From assembly GCA_964474445.1 (NCBI GenBank), contig CAYYSJ010000003.1, positions 81,597 through 145,596 of the forward strand: a DNA stretch of 64,000 nucleotides. The letters are read 5' to 3'. The notes under the pieces were generated by a model. The model was not told the DNA's origin. It was given only the letters and a program-made list of their open reading frames with translations, and did no database searches. The DNA comes from an uncultured Gammaproteobacteria bacterium. GTDB taxonomy: Bacteria > Patescibacteriota > Microgenomatia > Levybacterales > UBA12049. Made by a program: the position numbers and the translations under genes. Positions 47,778 through 56,845 of this stretch are shown one piece after another (positions within the stretch are counted from its first letter, which is position 1; each line of letters starts with the position of its first letter).

Positions 47778-50155
47778 TAAGAAGGACGTTGTTTGTTTCG
47801 AGGATTTGTTTTTCCAATAGGTGAAGAAGATCCAGAGCGTGAACGTTTTCTTCTTGTACCCCTTCGAAGAGGTTTTGTCGTTCTTTTTGTCTCAAAGGAG
47901 TCTTCTTCAGAAGGAGAACTGGTTAAGAAACCAAGTCTTTCTGCTAAAGAGGTAACAGATGTATCTTCTTTGCTTTCTTTTCCGACTGAAGGAGTAGAGG
48001 GCTGCGTATCAGTTTCCTCCTGGGAAGTGTCTTCCATGGTATTTGCTAAAATAGCGGTTGTTTCATCGGTGATTGTTTTCATAAGAGGTGATTGAAGGAA
48101 TTCCCGCTCGTCAACCAGATCTGCGGCATAGAGTGTCCCTGGGTATATATCAGGAGGAGGTGCAGAGGGTACAGCACTTGTTTTATTTGTTGCAAGCCTT
48201 TGTTCTCTTGCTTGCATCGCAAGGTATCCCAACATAGTTTCTTCAGGGTATGATTCAACATCAGCATCAAGAAGTCCTAAAGGCATGAGTCCATCTTCTA
48301 TCACCACATCAGAAGGAACGGGAAGATGGTCTTGTACAATAAAGGTATTGGCTTTGCCTGTTTGATAGGGAGTCATAAACGGCATGATACCGTTGTGATT
48401 AATAATCGCCCAAAGATAATCTAGCAAATCATTAATATCTTCTTTTGCTTGGTCAGTAATAAACGCATGTTGTTGATCTTGTACAAGGGTCCATGCATCT
48501 TCCAAGAGATATAGCGCTTTTCTCATGCGTGCTACCTTATTATTCCAACCAGATCGTGTAGCAAGAAGTTCTTGGGTAATAAGGACGCCATTAATACGAA
48601 GCCCATCACTATCAAAACTAACAGTCGTTTTTTGCTTTTGAGCAGCTTCTCCAGATGAGACTTCAAAGTCAATTGTTGTGGTTCCTCTCTTTTCGTCAAA
48701 CCAAATAAGGGTTTCTCTCTCTTGTCCCTTTTGATAGAGCCCAATAGCATAGTCAGGGACAGTAGGAGATTTTTTCTTTTTGCGGTGGGTACGATCATAG
48801 AAGTCAGTCCTTAGAGTGGTAAAGTTTGGTGGAAAAGGGGCTTTAAGTGCATCCATTGCAAATGAAAAGAGGGATTGTTGTTCGATACCAACGTAAGGCA
48901 TACCATTCATTGCATACATGGGGAGAGGAAAGTCGTTATTGCTGTCAACAGAAAGTCTTTGCAAAAGTCTTTGGGCAACAAGCAAGCTGCTCTCTTGAGC
49001 GGCTTTTGTCACGGGGAAGAAAAAGGTATGACCAATATCATACGGGTTACAAAAAGGCGCGTATCCTATTTGTAATGTCTGTACATTCTCTGGGGAGATA
49101 GTCTGATGTGGATTCGTAAAATACACTGTTGGAAGATAGTCTGCCTCTCCTGAAAGTACCTGAAACATCAGCGTTCCGGCTTCTGGTTGTGCAGATACTA
49201 TGCCAATGGGAGTAGATTTTGACTCTGCGTATACTGCAATGCTATTTTGTGCAACATAGGTAGCAAGTTGGGGATCTACCATAAAATATGGTAAGTCTTG
49301 CGGCTGCAATATACCAAGGTGCGTCATATCTCCCGCAACGGTTATGAGTTGGTGGATAAGATTTTCCTTTGTTTCTTTACTAGGAAGAATAGCAGTTGTT
49401 TCAGAAACTGTCATGCGGGACGTATATGGCTCTATGGGGGGAATATAATCGACAAACTGTGGAAAAGGAACATGTTTCAGATAATCTACTGGAGAAAAAT
49501 AAAAGCGTTGCTCGTCGTCTGTGTCTGGCAGAGTTGCTCTGTTATCAGTATCAGCAGTAGAAAGCTCAACTGCGTTTTTTATTCCTTCATGAAGAAGTGC
49601 TGCTGATCCTAAAATATTTCGAGCTAACTGACGTGCGACTCTATCTTCAGCAAATGCTGCATCGCTTTGACGTTCTGTTTTCTCTTGTACAGCCTCTGAA
49701 CGATTTGGTTTTAATGAAAGAGGATATCTTAGTGATTCCCCATCCATATCCATGAGAACGTATGCATCGTTGATTATTTTACCCCGAGCAGTACTATGTT
49801 GAGAAAAAATAAATCGTGATTGTACTTGGCTTATTGGATCATCATATCTAATATAGGCGTCGTAATTACCGTATCCAATGATCAGATTGTCATCGAGCTG
49901 TAATGTAATTGCCGTATCAGGTTGCGTTGGATCAACAAGAGAAAGGGTATAGTTTGGAAGTTCCCCTTGTCTTATTCCATCGACTTGTTGATATAACGCC
50001 CGTGAAATCTGCATAAGTCCCTGTGTTGCGAGACTACGCTCTCTCTCTTTACGATGTGGATAGGAAACTCTATCGATAACTACTGCAGCCAATGCTTTTG
50101 CTTGTTTCTGTACTCCCTCAGCAAGTTGGCCTAATTTTAATTCACGCGTTCTCAT
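47777..50155 (-). CDS. Large hypothetical protein
   Basis: 792-aa ORF with basic S-rich tail. Confidence 0.7.
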   Translation of the reverse strand: MRTRELKLGQLAEGVQKQAKALAAVVIDRVSYPHRKERERSLATQGLMQISRALYQQVDGIRQGELPNYTLSLVDPTQPDTAITLQLDDNLIIGYGNYDAYIRYDDPISQVQSRFIFSQHSTARGKIINDAYVLMDMDGESLRYPLSLKPNRSEAVQEKTERQSDAAFAEDRVARQLARNILGSAALLHEGIKNAVELSTADTDNRATLPDTDDEQRFYFSPVDYLKHVPFPQFVDYIPPIEPYTSRMTVSETTAILPSKETKENLIHQLITVAGDMTHLGILQPQDLPYFMVDPQLATYVAQNSIAVYAESKSTPIGIVSAQPEAGTLMFQVLSGEADYLPTVYFTNPHQTISPENVQTLQIGYAPFCNPYDIGHTFFFPVTKAAQESSLLVAQRLLQRLSVDSNNDFPLPMYAMNGMPYVGIEQQSLFSFAMDALKAPFPPNFTTLRTDFYDRTHRKKKKSPTVPDYAIGLYQKGQERETLIWFDEKRGTTTIDFEVSSGEAAQKQKTTVSFDSDGLRINGVLITQELLATRSGWNNKVARMRKALYLLEDAWTLVQDQQHAFITDQAKEDINDLLDYLWAIINHNGIMPFMTPYQTGKANTFIVQDHLPVPSDVVIEDGLMPLGLLDADVESYPEETMLGYLAMQAREQRLATNKTSAVPSAPPPDIYPGTLYAADLVDEREFLQSPLMKTITDETTAILANTMEDTSQEETDTQPSTPSVGKESKEDTSVTSLAERLGFLTSSPSEEDSFETKRTTKPLRRGTRRKRSRSGSSSPIGKTNPRNKQRPS

Positions 50156-50233
50156 TATGTCCTATAAAATATCTAACAACTGCTCAAGGGGAATAAGAGA
50201 CGTGTAAGACATTGGTAAGATGACAAAGAACGA

Positions 50234-50863
50234 TTAGATAGGAGGCTGTGTTCTGTTCACTGCAGACATGAGTGTCCGTTTTGGAGATGATCCGGATGAT
50301 TGAAGACTTGGAGTATCTCTTCGTTTCCTTCTACGCCCCACGTCTTGTTCTTCTGTAAACTGCTGAGCTGAGGAATCTGCCAGGAGGAGGTCGATATCAA
50401 CATTGTTTATTATTGTGGTAATATCAGCAAAAATGCGTCGGGCGTATGTTCTTACTTGTTTACTACCCAGATGAGGTTTGGATACATCTGTTTTGAAAGG
50501 GTGTCCAGCATAGTCTGTGGCGTATGTTACTTTTGTATCATGTGTCACTTTTGTAGCAGTTAAAGAATCCCATACGGTGCCATTGTATAACCTGAGTGCA
50601 CACAAGGTGTCTCCCACAGTAAGATATGTATCATTACATTTGAGAACTAATTGTTGTTTATTTGTAGGATCATCTTGTATTGAAGCTGTTATCCTTTGTG
50701 CAGGGGAGGTGGTTGCCTTTGCAAAGTAATATACCCCTCTCTCGAGGGCGTAAAGTCCTTCAAGACGGGTTTTTGGTCGTCGAAGAAAATAACGTGTGGC
50801 TTCAATCTTTCTTAGTGCTGCTTCTTTTGTATGTTTCAATAAAGGAGTCAACTTATCTATCAT
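50234..50863 (-). CDS. Hypothetical protein
   Basis: ATG 50863; basic S-rich tail similar to the neighbouring protein. Confidence 0.55.
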   Translation of the reverse strand: MIDKLTPLLKHTKEAALRKIEATRYFLRRPKTRLEGLYALERGVYYFAKATTSPAQRITASIQDDPTNKQQLVLKCNDTYLTVGDTLCALRLYNGTVWDSLTATKVTHDTKVTYATDYAGHPFKTDVSKPHLGSKQVRTYARRIFADITTIINNVDIDLLLADSSAQQFTEEQDVGRRRKRRDTPSLQSSGSSPKRTLMSAVNRTQPPI

Positions 50864-51031
50864 GGCCCATAACATAACTGAGAGATGCAAAAGGCTATTT
50901 CAAAAAAGTGTAAGGAGTGGGTAAGAGAGGAAAGGAATAAAAAAAGAGTGGGGAGTTATGGGACATGTTTTCCTTTTTAGATGGTTTTTGAGGTAGGTGT
51001 ATTGGTTTATGTCTCTATCTTTTATGTGTCG

Positions 51032-51280
51032 TTATCTATTGTGTTTTATTTGAAAAATACGGAGATATTTCCCATAAAAATTTTTCTTATCAAGTTTTTC
51101 TAGTGCTTCTAGTGCTTTTTTGTCGTCCTCTAAGAGAACATACCCATATCCCTTTCCTAAAAAAGATTTGTTTGATTGGGGAATAATGATTGAAAAAATC
51201 TTTCCAAATCCTTGGAACAGGCGTTCAAGATTATGTTTCTTGGTTTCTGGTGTAATATTGCGAATAAGTAATGTTGTCAT
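51032..51280 (-). CDS. RRM RNA-binding protein
   Basis: RNP2-like LLIRNI, LF..FG, RNP1 KGYGYV. Confidence 0.85.
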   Translation of the reverse strand: MTTLLIRNITPETKKHNLERLFQGFGKIFSIIIPQSNKSFLGKGYGYVLLEDDKKALEALEKLDKKNFYGKYLRIFQIKHNR

Positions 51281-51400
51281 AGACGCATTCTAGCAAAAAT
51301 ATGCCACAAATGCAACTAAGTTGCATATTTTAGTATAAGTTTAAGCGCGGTATGTATTACTAATAAAAATAAATAATATTTAACAAACAAAGTATTATAT

Positions 51401-51490
51401 ATAATAACAAGTGTTTTTCCAGATAAACTATCGCAGGCAGATTATATAGTCGATTCTTTTGTTGAAATAACAGATGATAGTTGGTTTAGA
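51401..51490 (+). pseudogene. Possible C-terminal remnant of a HAD-family phosphatase
   Basis: IITSVFPDKLSQADYIVDSFVEI resembles HAD C-terminal ADxxxxS tails; no start codon. Confidence 0.3.
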
Positions 51491-51667
51491 GTTCAACTGC
51501 TGTAAATGCATGTTCACCGTTCACATTCCTATATCAGGATGGGTTTAGCCATTTGATATAAAGTATATCCCAACATAGGCTCATTGATCTTCTTTCTTTG
51601 TAACGAAGTCTTCTTTAAATAATGAGTATTTCTCTCTACGTAATCTCAGTATAGTAACTTCCTCTTG

Positions 51668-52045
51668 TTAATTTCTTCCATACCGTAGCAAATTATCGCA
51701 GTTTTGATAGTGGACCGGATCTGTATCTGTCCTTTCTGCAAACAGTCTTCTACAATTTTGATAGTGGACTGGGTCTGTGTCTATTGGACTCCAGGTATGC
51801 CAATCACTATTTCTATTGGGCCAAAAGTTGCCTTGGTTCCAGTCATTCCATTTGTTTCCATCGTTCCAAGGGTTGTTTGTATGCCAGGTATTCCAAGTAT
51901 TAATAGTAATATACTGATTATACTGGCCATAACCGGGGTTGTAACTGTAACTTGCAAAAGCTGGTGTACTCACAAGAGCAGCAAAAGTAATAACACTCAG
52001 TACGCAGGAAACAACAATTTTCTGTATAGTCATTTTGTACTTCAC
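51668..52045 (-). CDS. Secreted N/W-rich small protein with duplicated DTDPVHYQNC
   Basis: SD AGAAGGTGA, signal peptide ending AFA; the two repeat copies differ only at synonymous sites. Confidence 0.7.
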   Translation of the reverse strand: MKYKMTIQKIVVSCVLSVITFAALVSTPAFASYSYNPGYGQYNQYITINTWNTWHTNNPWNDGNKWNDWNQGNFWPNRNSDWHTWSPIDTDPVHYQNCRRLFAERTDTDPVHYQNCDNLLRYGRN

Positions 52046-52222
52046 CTTGTTTCACCTTCTTTCTTCTCACGTGTGGGAACTTTTCTTATATCACCATTAT
52101 AAAATTAACCAATAAGAAGTATGACAATGGAGGGTAAGAATTTTTTTAAATCAGATGGTATTGTTTGTTATCAAGAGGGGAAGAACAATTTTTTTCACTT
52201 CTCAATATCTGCATCTATATCA

Positions 52223-52249
52223 GCAGGCCCTGAGTAACTTTGTTGGAAC
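52223..52249 (+). repeat. 27-bp module-boundary repeat, copy 1
   Basis: GCAGGCCCTGAGTAACTTTGTTGGAAC. Confidence 0.85.
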
Positions 52250-52255
52250 GTATTA

Positions 52256-53095
52256 CTATTTTTCGAGGTTTTGAGAAATGTATGCTTTATACTGCTTTAG
52301 AGCCTCTTTTGTAATTTCACCAACTTTTCCATCTCCCACAGGTTTTCCATTTATTTCAACTACGCCTCTTACTTCACTATTGCTTCCAGTCAAAAAAACT
52401 TCCGTTGAAGACAATAATTCATTGAAGGTAAAATCACGAACTTCAATAGGGATAGGTAACTGGAGTATTTCAAGCAGAGTATTTCTTGTTATCCCTTCAA
52501 CGATATTTGATTTTGTTGTCGTTAACTTGTTATCAATAATAGCAAAAACATTTGTCCCGGACCCTTCATAGAATTGAGTAGTGTCATAGTAGAGCACATC
52601 CTCGATGTCTTGATTTTTCACTTCTGCTAACTGTCTTATCGCTTCAACGTAGTGTGTATGTTTTGCTTCTGGATATTGACGCTTATATCCTACTGCTAAT
52701 ACCTTAATACCATTTTCATATTCACTTTCAGCTTTTCTCATGCGCGGACTGACCATCATTATAAGAGTTGGGGTTTCTGCTTGGTGCAGAGAGTGGGAAT
52801 TACCTCCCGACACGACAATTTTTAAAGTCTTCTCCGTATCTTTACCATTTTTATCAAGTGTTTCTTTTGCCCAATCTATAAGTTGTTCTTTAGTCCAGGG
52901 AATTTGGAGGCCTATTATTGCTGCTGATTTAAAGAGCCTATCAATATGTTCAGTAAGTTTGAATAGTTTATTATTATACGTAACGATAAAATCTGCTACG
53001 GCATAGCCCCTTACAAAACCTAAATCACGAGGAGAAATAAGCAGTTCGCTTTCTGTTACAAATTTCCCATTTAGGAAATGAACTAAGTCGCTCAT
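52256..53095 (-). CDS. Class IV PLP aminotransferase (D-amino-acid/branched-chain type)
   Basis: DLGFVRGY, HIDRL..SA, AKH..Y, EGSGTNVF, VEGITR, EVFLTGS. Confidence 0.92.
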   Translation of the reverse strand: MSDLVHFLNGKFVTESELLISPRDLGFVRGYAVADFIVTYNNKLFKLTEHIDRLFKSAAIIGLQIPWTKEQLIDWAKETLDKNGKDTEKTLKIVVSGGNSHSLHQAETPTLIMMVSPRMRKAESEYENGIKVLAVGYKRQYPEAKHTHYVEAIRQLAEVKNQDIEDVLYYDTTQFYEGSGTNVFAIIDNKLTTTKSNIVEGITRNTLLEILQLPIPIEVRDFTFNELLSSTEVFLTGSNSEVRGVVEINGKPVGDGKVGEITKEALKQYKAYISQNLEK

Positions 53096-53140
53096 GGGGA
53101 AAGTATAGCAAATTTATCTTAATAAGTTCGAATCTGTTTG

Positions 53141-53167
53141 GCAGGCCCTGAGTAACTTTATTGGAAC
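53141..53167 (+). repeat. 27-bp module-boundary repeat, copy 2
   Basis: GCAGGCCCTGAGTAACTTTATTGGAAC (26/27 to copy 1). Confidence 0.85.
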
Positions 53168-53207
53168 CTACTATTCTGTTAATTTTTAACTTGCTATACT
53201 TATCTGG

Positions 53208-53663
53208 ATGCGAACAATTCAGCGGACTATCGTTTCTGCCTTAATATATTCAAAAGACAACAAACTCCTTATGGGTAAAAAGGATCCTAAAAAGGGTGGT
53301 GTGTATAGTGACTGTTGGCACATCCCAGGAGGAGGAACTGATGAAGGTGAAGAGAAACTGAAAGCTCTTAAAAGAGAAATACAGGAGGAGGTTGGTATTG
53401 ACATCTCAGATCAACAAGTTGAGTTGGTTACGGATAAGGATAAAGGAACCGCCGAGAAAACTCTTCCAAATGGTGAGAAAGTAGTTGCCGAGATGCAATT
53501 TAATGTATATAGAGTCGTTTTAGCCGAGAACAGTAGTCAAGTGAAAATTTCTCCAAGAGGAGACTTAGTGGAACTGCGATGGTTTAGTATTCCAGAACTA
53601 GCAAGCGTAAAACTGACTCCACCTTCCACAAAATATTTTAAAGAAATAGGATATATAAATTAG
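53208..53663 (+). CDS. NUDIX hydrolase
   Basis: Nudix box GGGTDEGEEKLKALKREIQEEVG. Confidence 0.92.
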   Translation: MRTIQRTIVSALIYSKDNKLLMGKKDPKKGGVYSDCWHIPGGGTDEGEEKLKALKREIQEEVGIDISDQQVELVTDKDKGTAEKTLPNGEKVVAEMQFNVYRVVLAENSSQVKISPRGDLVELRWFSIPELASVKLTPPSTKYFKEIGYIN

Positions 53664-53700
53664 CTACAATCTGCCTTAAATACTATATCAAACTATCTCA

Positions 53701-53727
53701 TCAGGCCCTGTGTAGCTTTGTAGGAAC
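53701..53727 (+). repeat. 27-bp module-boundary repeat, copy 3
   Basis: TCAGGCCCTGTGTAGCTTTGTAGGAAC (23/27 to copy 1). Confidence 0.8.
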
Positions 53728-53753
53728 TTTTTTCTATAGTTTGTAGTTAGTGT

Positions 53754-54626
53754 CTATGCAGAATCTCTTCTGATAGGTTGAAAAGAGGAGAGTGTTTGAA
53801 AATACCTTTCTCGCAACTCTTCTAAAAATGCTTCAGAAAATCTATCAGATCGAATTAAAATATACCTAATCCATTTATCATCGTATGCTTCAGAAGAAGG
53901 TAGACCTTCAGAAGTCCATAAATGGTGTGTGGTGAGAATTGCCCGTACTGTTTTATCCCAAACCTGTTCTTGTATGATTTGTCCTAACGGAGGTTGAGCT
54001 TGATCATGAAGAAATTTTCCTGTTAAGAATTGATCATATAATTTTGGACGAATAAGAACGTTTGGATTACTCGTGCTTGGAATAAATCCTGGATAGGCAA
54101 TATCAAAATATTGGTCATCATGCTGCAGAGGTGCTAGTAAAACATTTTCTATCCTTCCGTCCAACGTTACAGAGGGGTAGGGTGTTAAATATTTATTTCG
54201 TTCGTTTTCTCCTCCTCTTCTTCTTACAATAGCAGGTTGATTTCCAGAAAATACTCTTAGTAAGTTTTCGGTTGTTGTAATATTTAACTCTATTGGAATT
54301 CCTCCCTGAATAGTTTTATATTTTAAAATGGTAATCTTCTCGCTAATAAGATCTACCAAATCTCTTTGTGGGGTTGTTATTGAGGTATATTGTAAGCCTA
54401 CTCGTTGTCCAATTAATGTTCCAAATTGTTCCATCGTGGCTTTATCTGCCACAATGAAGATATCTAAGTCGTTTGATAAATTTTTATCGTGATATAACGT
54501 AGAGCCATATTGAATAATAGATATGGGAAGCTTTCCTCTTTTTGCCCTCTCGGAAATGGTCGAAATGATACAATCAATAGTTGTTGCTCGGCTCTCTCGT
54601 GCAATTGTTTTTTGTAATAGTTCCAT
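53754..54626 (-). CDS. Pol-beta-superfamily nucleotidyltransferase-like protein
   Basis: IIQYGS...NDLDIFIV...IELNI. Confidence 0.65.
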   Translation of the reverse strand: MELLQKTIARESRATTIDCIISTISERAKRGKLPISIIQYGSTLYHDKNLSNDLDIFIVADKATMEQFGTLIGQRVGLQYTSITTPQRDLVDLISEKITILKYKTIQGGIPIELNITTTENLLRVFSGNQPAIVRRRGGENERNKYLTPYPSVTLDGRIENVLLAPLQHDDQYFDIAYPGFIPSTSNPNVLIRPKLYDQFLTGKFLHDQAQPPLGQIIQEQVWDKTVRAILTTHHLWTSEGLPSSEAYDDKWIRYILIRSDRFSEAFLEELRERYFQTLSSFQPIRRDSA

Positions 54627-54759
54627 TTGGTGTATGATTATATATTTTTTGTTGCTATAAGCAATATATATACAATATGAGGATATCGTTGCTTAACCAC
54701 CTACTGAGACTGTCCTAGAGAACTAATGAGTCTTATTAAGATGAATTCCTTTGTTATAG

Positions 54760-55203
54760 CTAGAAGTTTTTATATTTACTAGTTTGTAATAATCTATTAA
54801 TTTCCTCTTTAATTAATTGTATATCTTGTGATGTAAGTGGTTTAAAAGAGTCATAAAATCCTGTTGATCGTTGAGGAAGGTGCATTGCCTCTCCATATTT
54901 TTGTATTTTTGCAGACGTTGCTCTGCCGTAAAGGTGAATGTGAAGTATAGGCACCCAATTACCATTCTCTTGGTAATTTATCCTCATAACATCAATTCCT
55001 TGTTTATTTAGTGCAATCTTCATTGCTTCTCCTGTTACCATGGTCAATTTCATAAGTTCTTTAGCAAGTTCTGGTGTAAGTTTAGTCCTATCTTCTACTT
55101 TTTGTTTAGGCATAACACGTATATGTCCACCATCTTCACGATCTATATGAGGTTGATCAGCGGATTCAATAGAAAAACTAGGCGTTTCGTAGATGATAGC
55201 CAT
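54760..55203 (-). CDS. HIT-family hydrolase
   Basis: GGHIRVMPK, INYQENGNW, LHIHLYGR (degenerate HxHxH). Confidence 0.8.
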   Translation of the reverse strand: MAIIYETPSFSIESADQPHIDREDGGHIRVMPKQKVEDRTKLTPELAKELMKLTMVTGEAMKIALNKQGIDVMRINYQENGNWVPILHIHLYGRATSAKIQKYGEAMHLPQRSTGFYDSFKPLTSQDIQLIKEEINRLLQTSKYKNF

Positions 55204-55513
55204 TCATATAGTGTAGCAGAGGTTTGATTCCTTTTGTAGTAAGTAGGTTTGATACAGAATGATACTCAAATTAGAAGGATAGTGTCCATAAAAAATTGGC
55301 AGTAACAAGAGGTAGTACATTCTGTAACGCCAAGCTAAACAAGTAAGCATTTTCTAACAAAGAATCCTTTGAAGCTCAGCTTAAAATACTTATCATTCAT
55401 TCTCAAGCTAAAGAGGGTGCAGTTAACAAATCAAAAAATAACGATTTTTGAGGCTATAGACAACTTTATAACTGTCGTTCTGTGAACACCGTGAATTAGA
55501 AGTTAAATATTTT

Positions 55514-55540
55514 GCAGGCCTTAAGTAACTTTGCTAAAAC
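55514..55540 (+). repeat. 27-bp module-boundary repeat, copy 4
   Basis: GCAGGCCTTAAGTAACTTTGCTAAAAC (22/27 to copy 1). Confidence 0.7.
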
Positions 55541-55770
55541 TTATTTTTTCTCTTTATAAGAATAATTTTAAACTCCAAATTCTAGTTGTGAGCAAAATTT
55601 TGTTACTTTCTTATCGCGATATATAGTGCAGGACCTGACTTGTGCCATTTGTGTATTAATTGTTTACAAAAAGCGTATATGTTACTATTCTTTTGAGAAA
55701 AGGTATCACATAAAATGCAGGAAAGTACTGGGATAAAACAATTTCAGCAGATTTCCTTCCAAATTAAGAG

Positions 55771-56189
55771 CTAGTATTCTATAAGAGATTTAACAGCAAT
55801 ATCTGTTGCTTTACCTTGATGTTTTACATTATCTGTTAGTAGGATTGTATTGTATTGTTTTGCTAATGACATAAACGTCGCATCATAGTAGGTAATTCCA
55901 TGATTGAAAGCTATAGTATATGTTTCTCTTGATGATTCTTCTGACTCCTCAATAAAAATGATAGGTAAAGAATAAACAGTTCCTAAGGATATATATGCTT
56001 CGTTGGAGTCAACTGTTTTCCTTTTAAAAGAACATTACCAAGTTCATATTTGGCAAGTTCTGGAGCAATAAGCTCAGCTTGTCCATTTTTAACTTCTTCT
56101 AAAATTTTATCTGCTTTTTCTGTATCATTTTCCTTGTATGTATTTACTCATTTGACTATAACTGAAGTATCAAAAATGAGAGTTTTCAT
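55771..56189 (-). pseudogene. vapC: VapC/PIN toxin pseudogene
   Basis: MKTLIFDTSVIVK-TGA (expected W), APELAKYELGN, then a frameshift near 56000, then ITYYDATF..LLTDN. Confidence 0.8.
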
Positions 56190-56192
56190 TTT

Positions 56193-56450
56193 TTAGTGGG
56201 AATTTCTATCTTGATCTAGAAATTCCACTGTACTTTGATTTCCTTTGCCCCTAATAGCTCGTGCTTTTCGTATATTGTCCCAAATTTTATCCCAATTTAC
56301 ATATTGTTGGTGGGGTTTAATCACAATCTCATCAGGCTTAACTACAGAAATCGTAACAGCTGACATAGGGTTTACCCAGCCAATAACTCTACGAATAGAA
56401 TCAGGAATAGTTAACTGTCCTCGGTCTCGAATAATGCTAACTGTTTTCAC
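56193..56450 (-). CDS. AbrB/MazE/SpoVT-type antitoxin (VapB-like)
   Basis: RGQLTIPDSIRR; directly upstream of the PIN pseudogene. Confidence 0.85.
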   Translation of the reverse strand: MKTVSIIRDRGQLTIPDSIRRVIGWVNPMSAVTISVVKPDEIVIKPHQQYVNWDKIWDNIRKARAIRGKGNQSTVEFLDQDRNSH

Positions 56451-56637
56451 ATATTCAGATTATCAGAAAATCTGATTTGTGCCAAGAAGTACAATAAGAA
56501 GGTGCGAATCGAACACTTTTTGAAACTAGATCTTAAGAGGATGAGCAAATACGTAAAAGAGGTAATTTAATAAATTTTACGTTTATCCCTATTTATCAAC
56601 CCATTCGAAGATTTGAAATACAGGGTGTCGGGTTCAG

Positions 56638-56722
56638 TGCCGAGAGAGGGAGTCGAACCCTCACGAGGAATTACCCTCAAAGGTTTTTGAGACCTTCGTG
56701 TCTGCCATTCCACCACCTCGGC
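56638..56722 (-). tRNA. tRNA-Leu(CAA)
   Basis: GCCGAGGTGGTGGAATGGCAGACACGAAGGT-CTCAAAA-ACCTT, long variable arm, GTTCGACTC T-loop, CTCTCGGCA; CCA not encoded. Confidence 0.95.
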
Positions 56723-56845
56723 AAATAGAAGCAAAAATCAAGCGTCAAAGATTATTGTTTCTATGCTTTTGCATTTTGACTCTCGAATTTTGATTTCTCA
56801 TATTATATACTTTCTTCTACACTCGTTTCAATTGATGCTTTTTCT

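Noticed and set aside
54705-54735. Possible fifth repeat copy between NTase and HIT (also partial GCAGGACCTGA at 55628)
   Set aside because: Identity to the consensus is too low or too short to distinguish from chance.
52223-55540. 27-bp repeats as a CRISPR array or integron attC sites
   Set aside because: Spacing is 0.5-1.8 kb with whole genes between copies; no cas genes, attC hairpin or intI in view.
56148-56150. TGA at a conserved Trp as evidence of stop-codon recoding
   Set aside because: The same gene also has a frameshift, and TGA terminates intact genes such as ssb and the PRTase, so this is a pseudogene.
56479-56516. GTGCCAAGAAG...AATCGAACAC as a degenerate duplicate of the tRNA-Leu 3' end (att site)
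   Set aside because: It needs a large gap to align and is too weak to call, though worth rechecking with comparative data.
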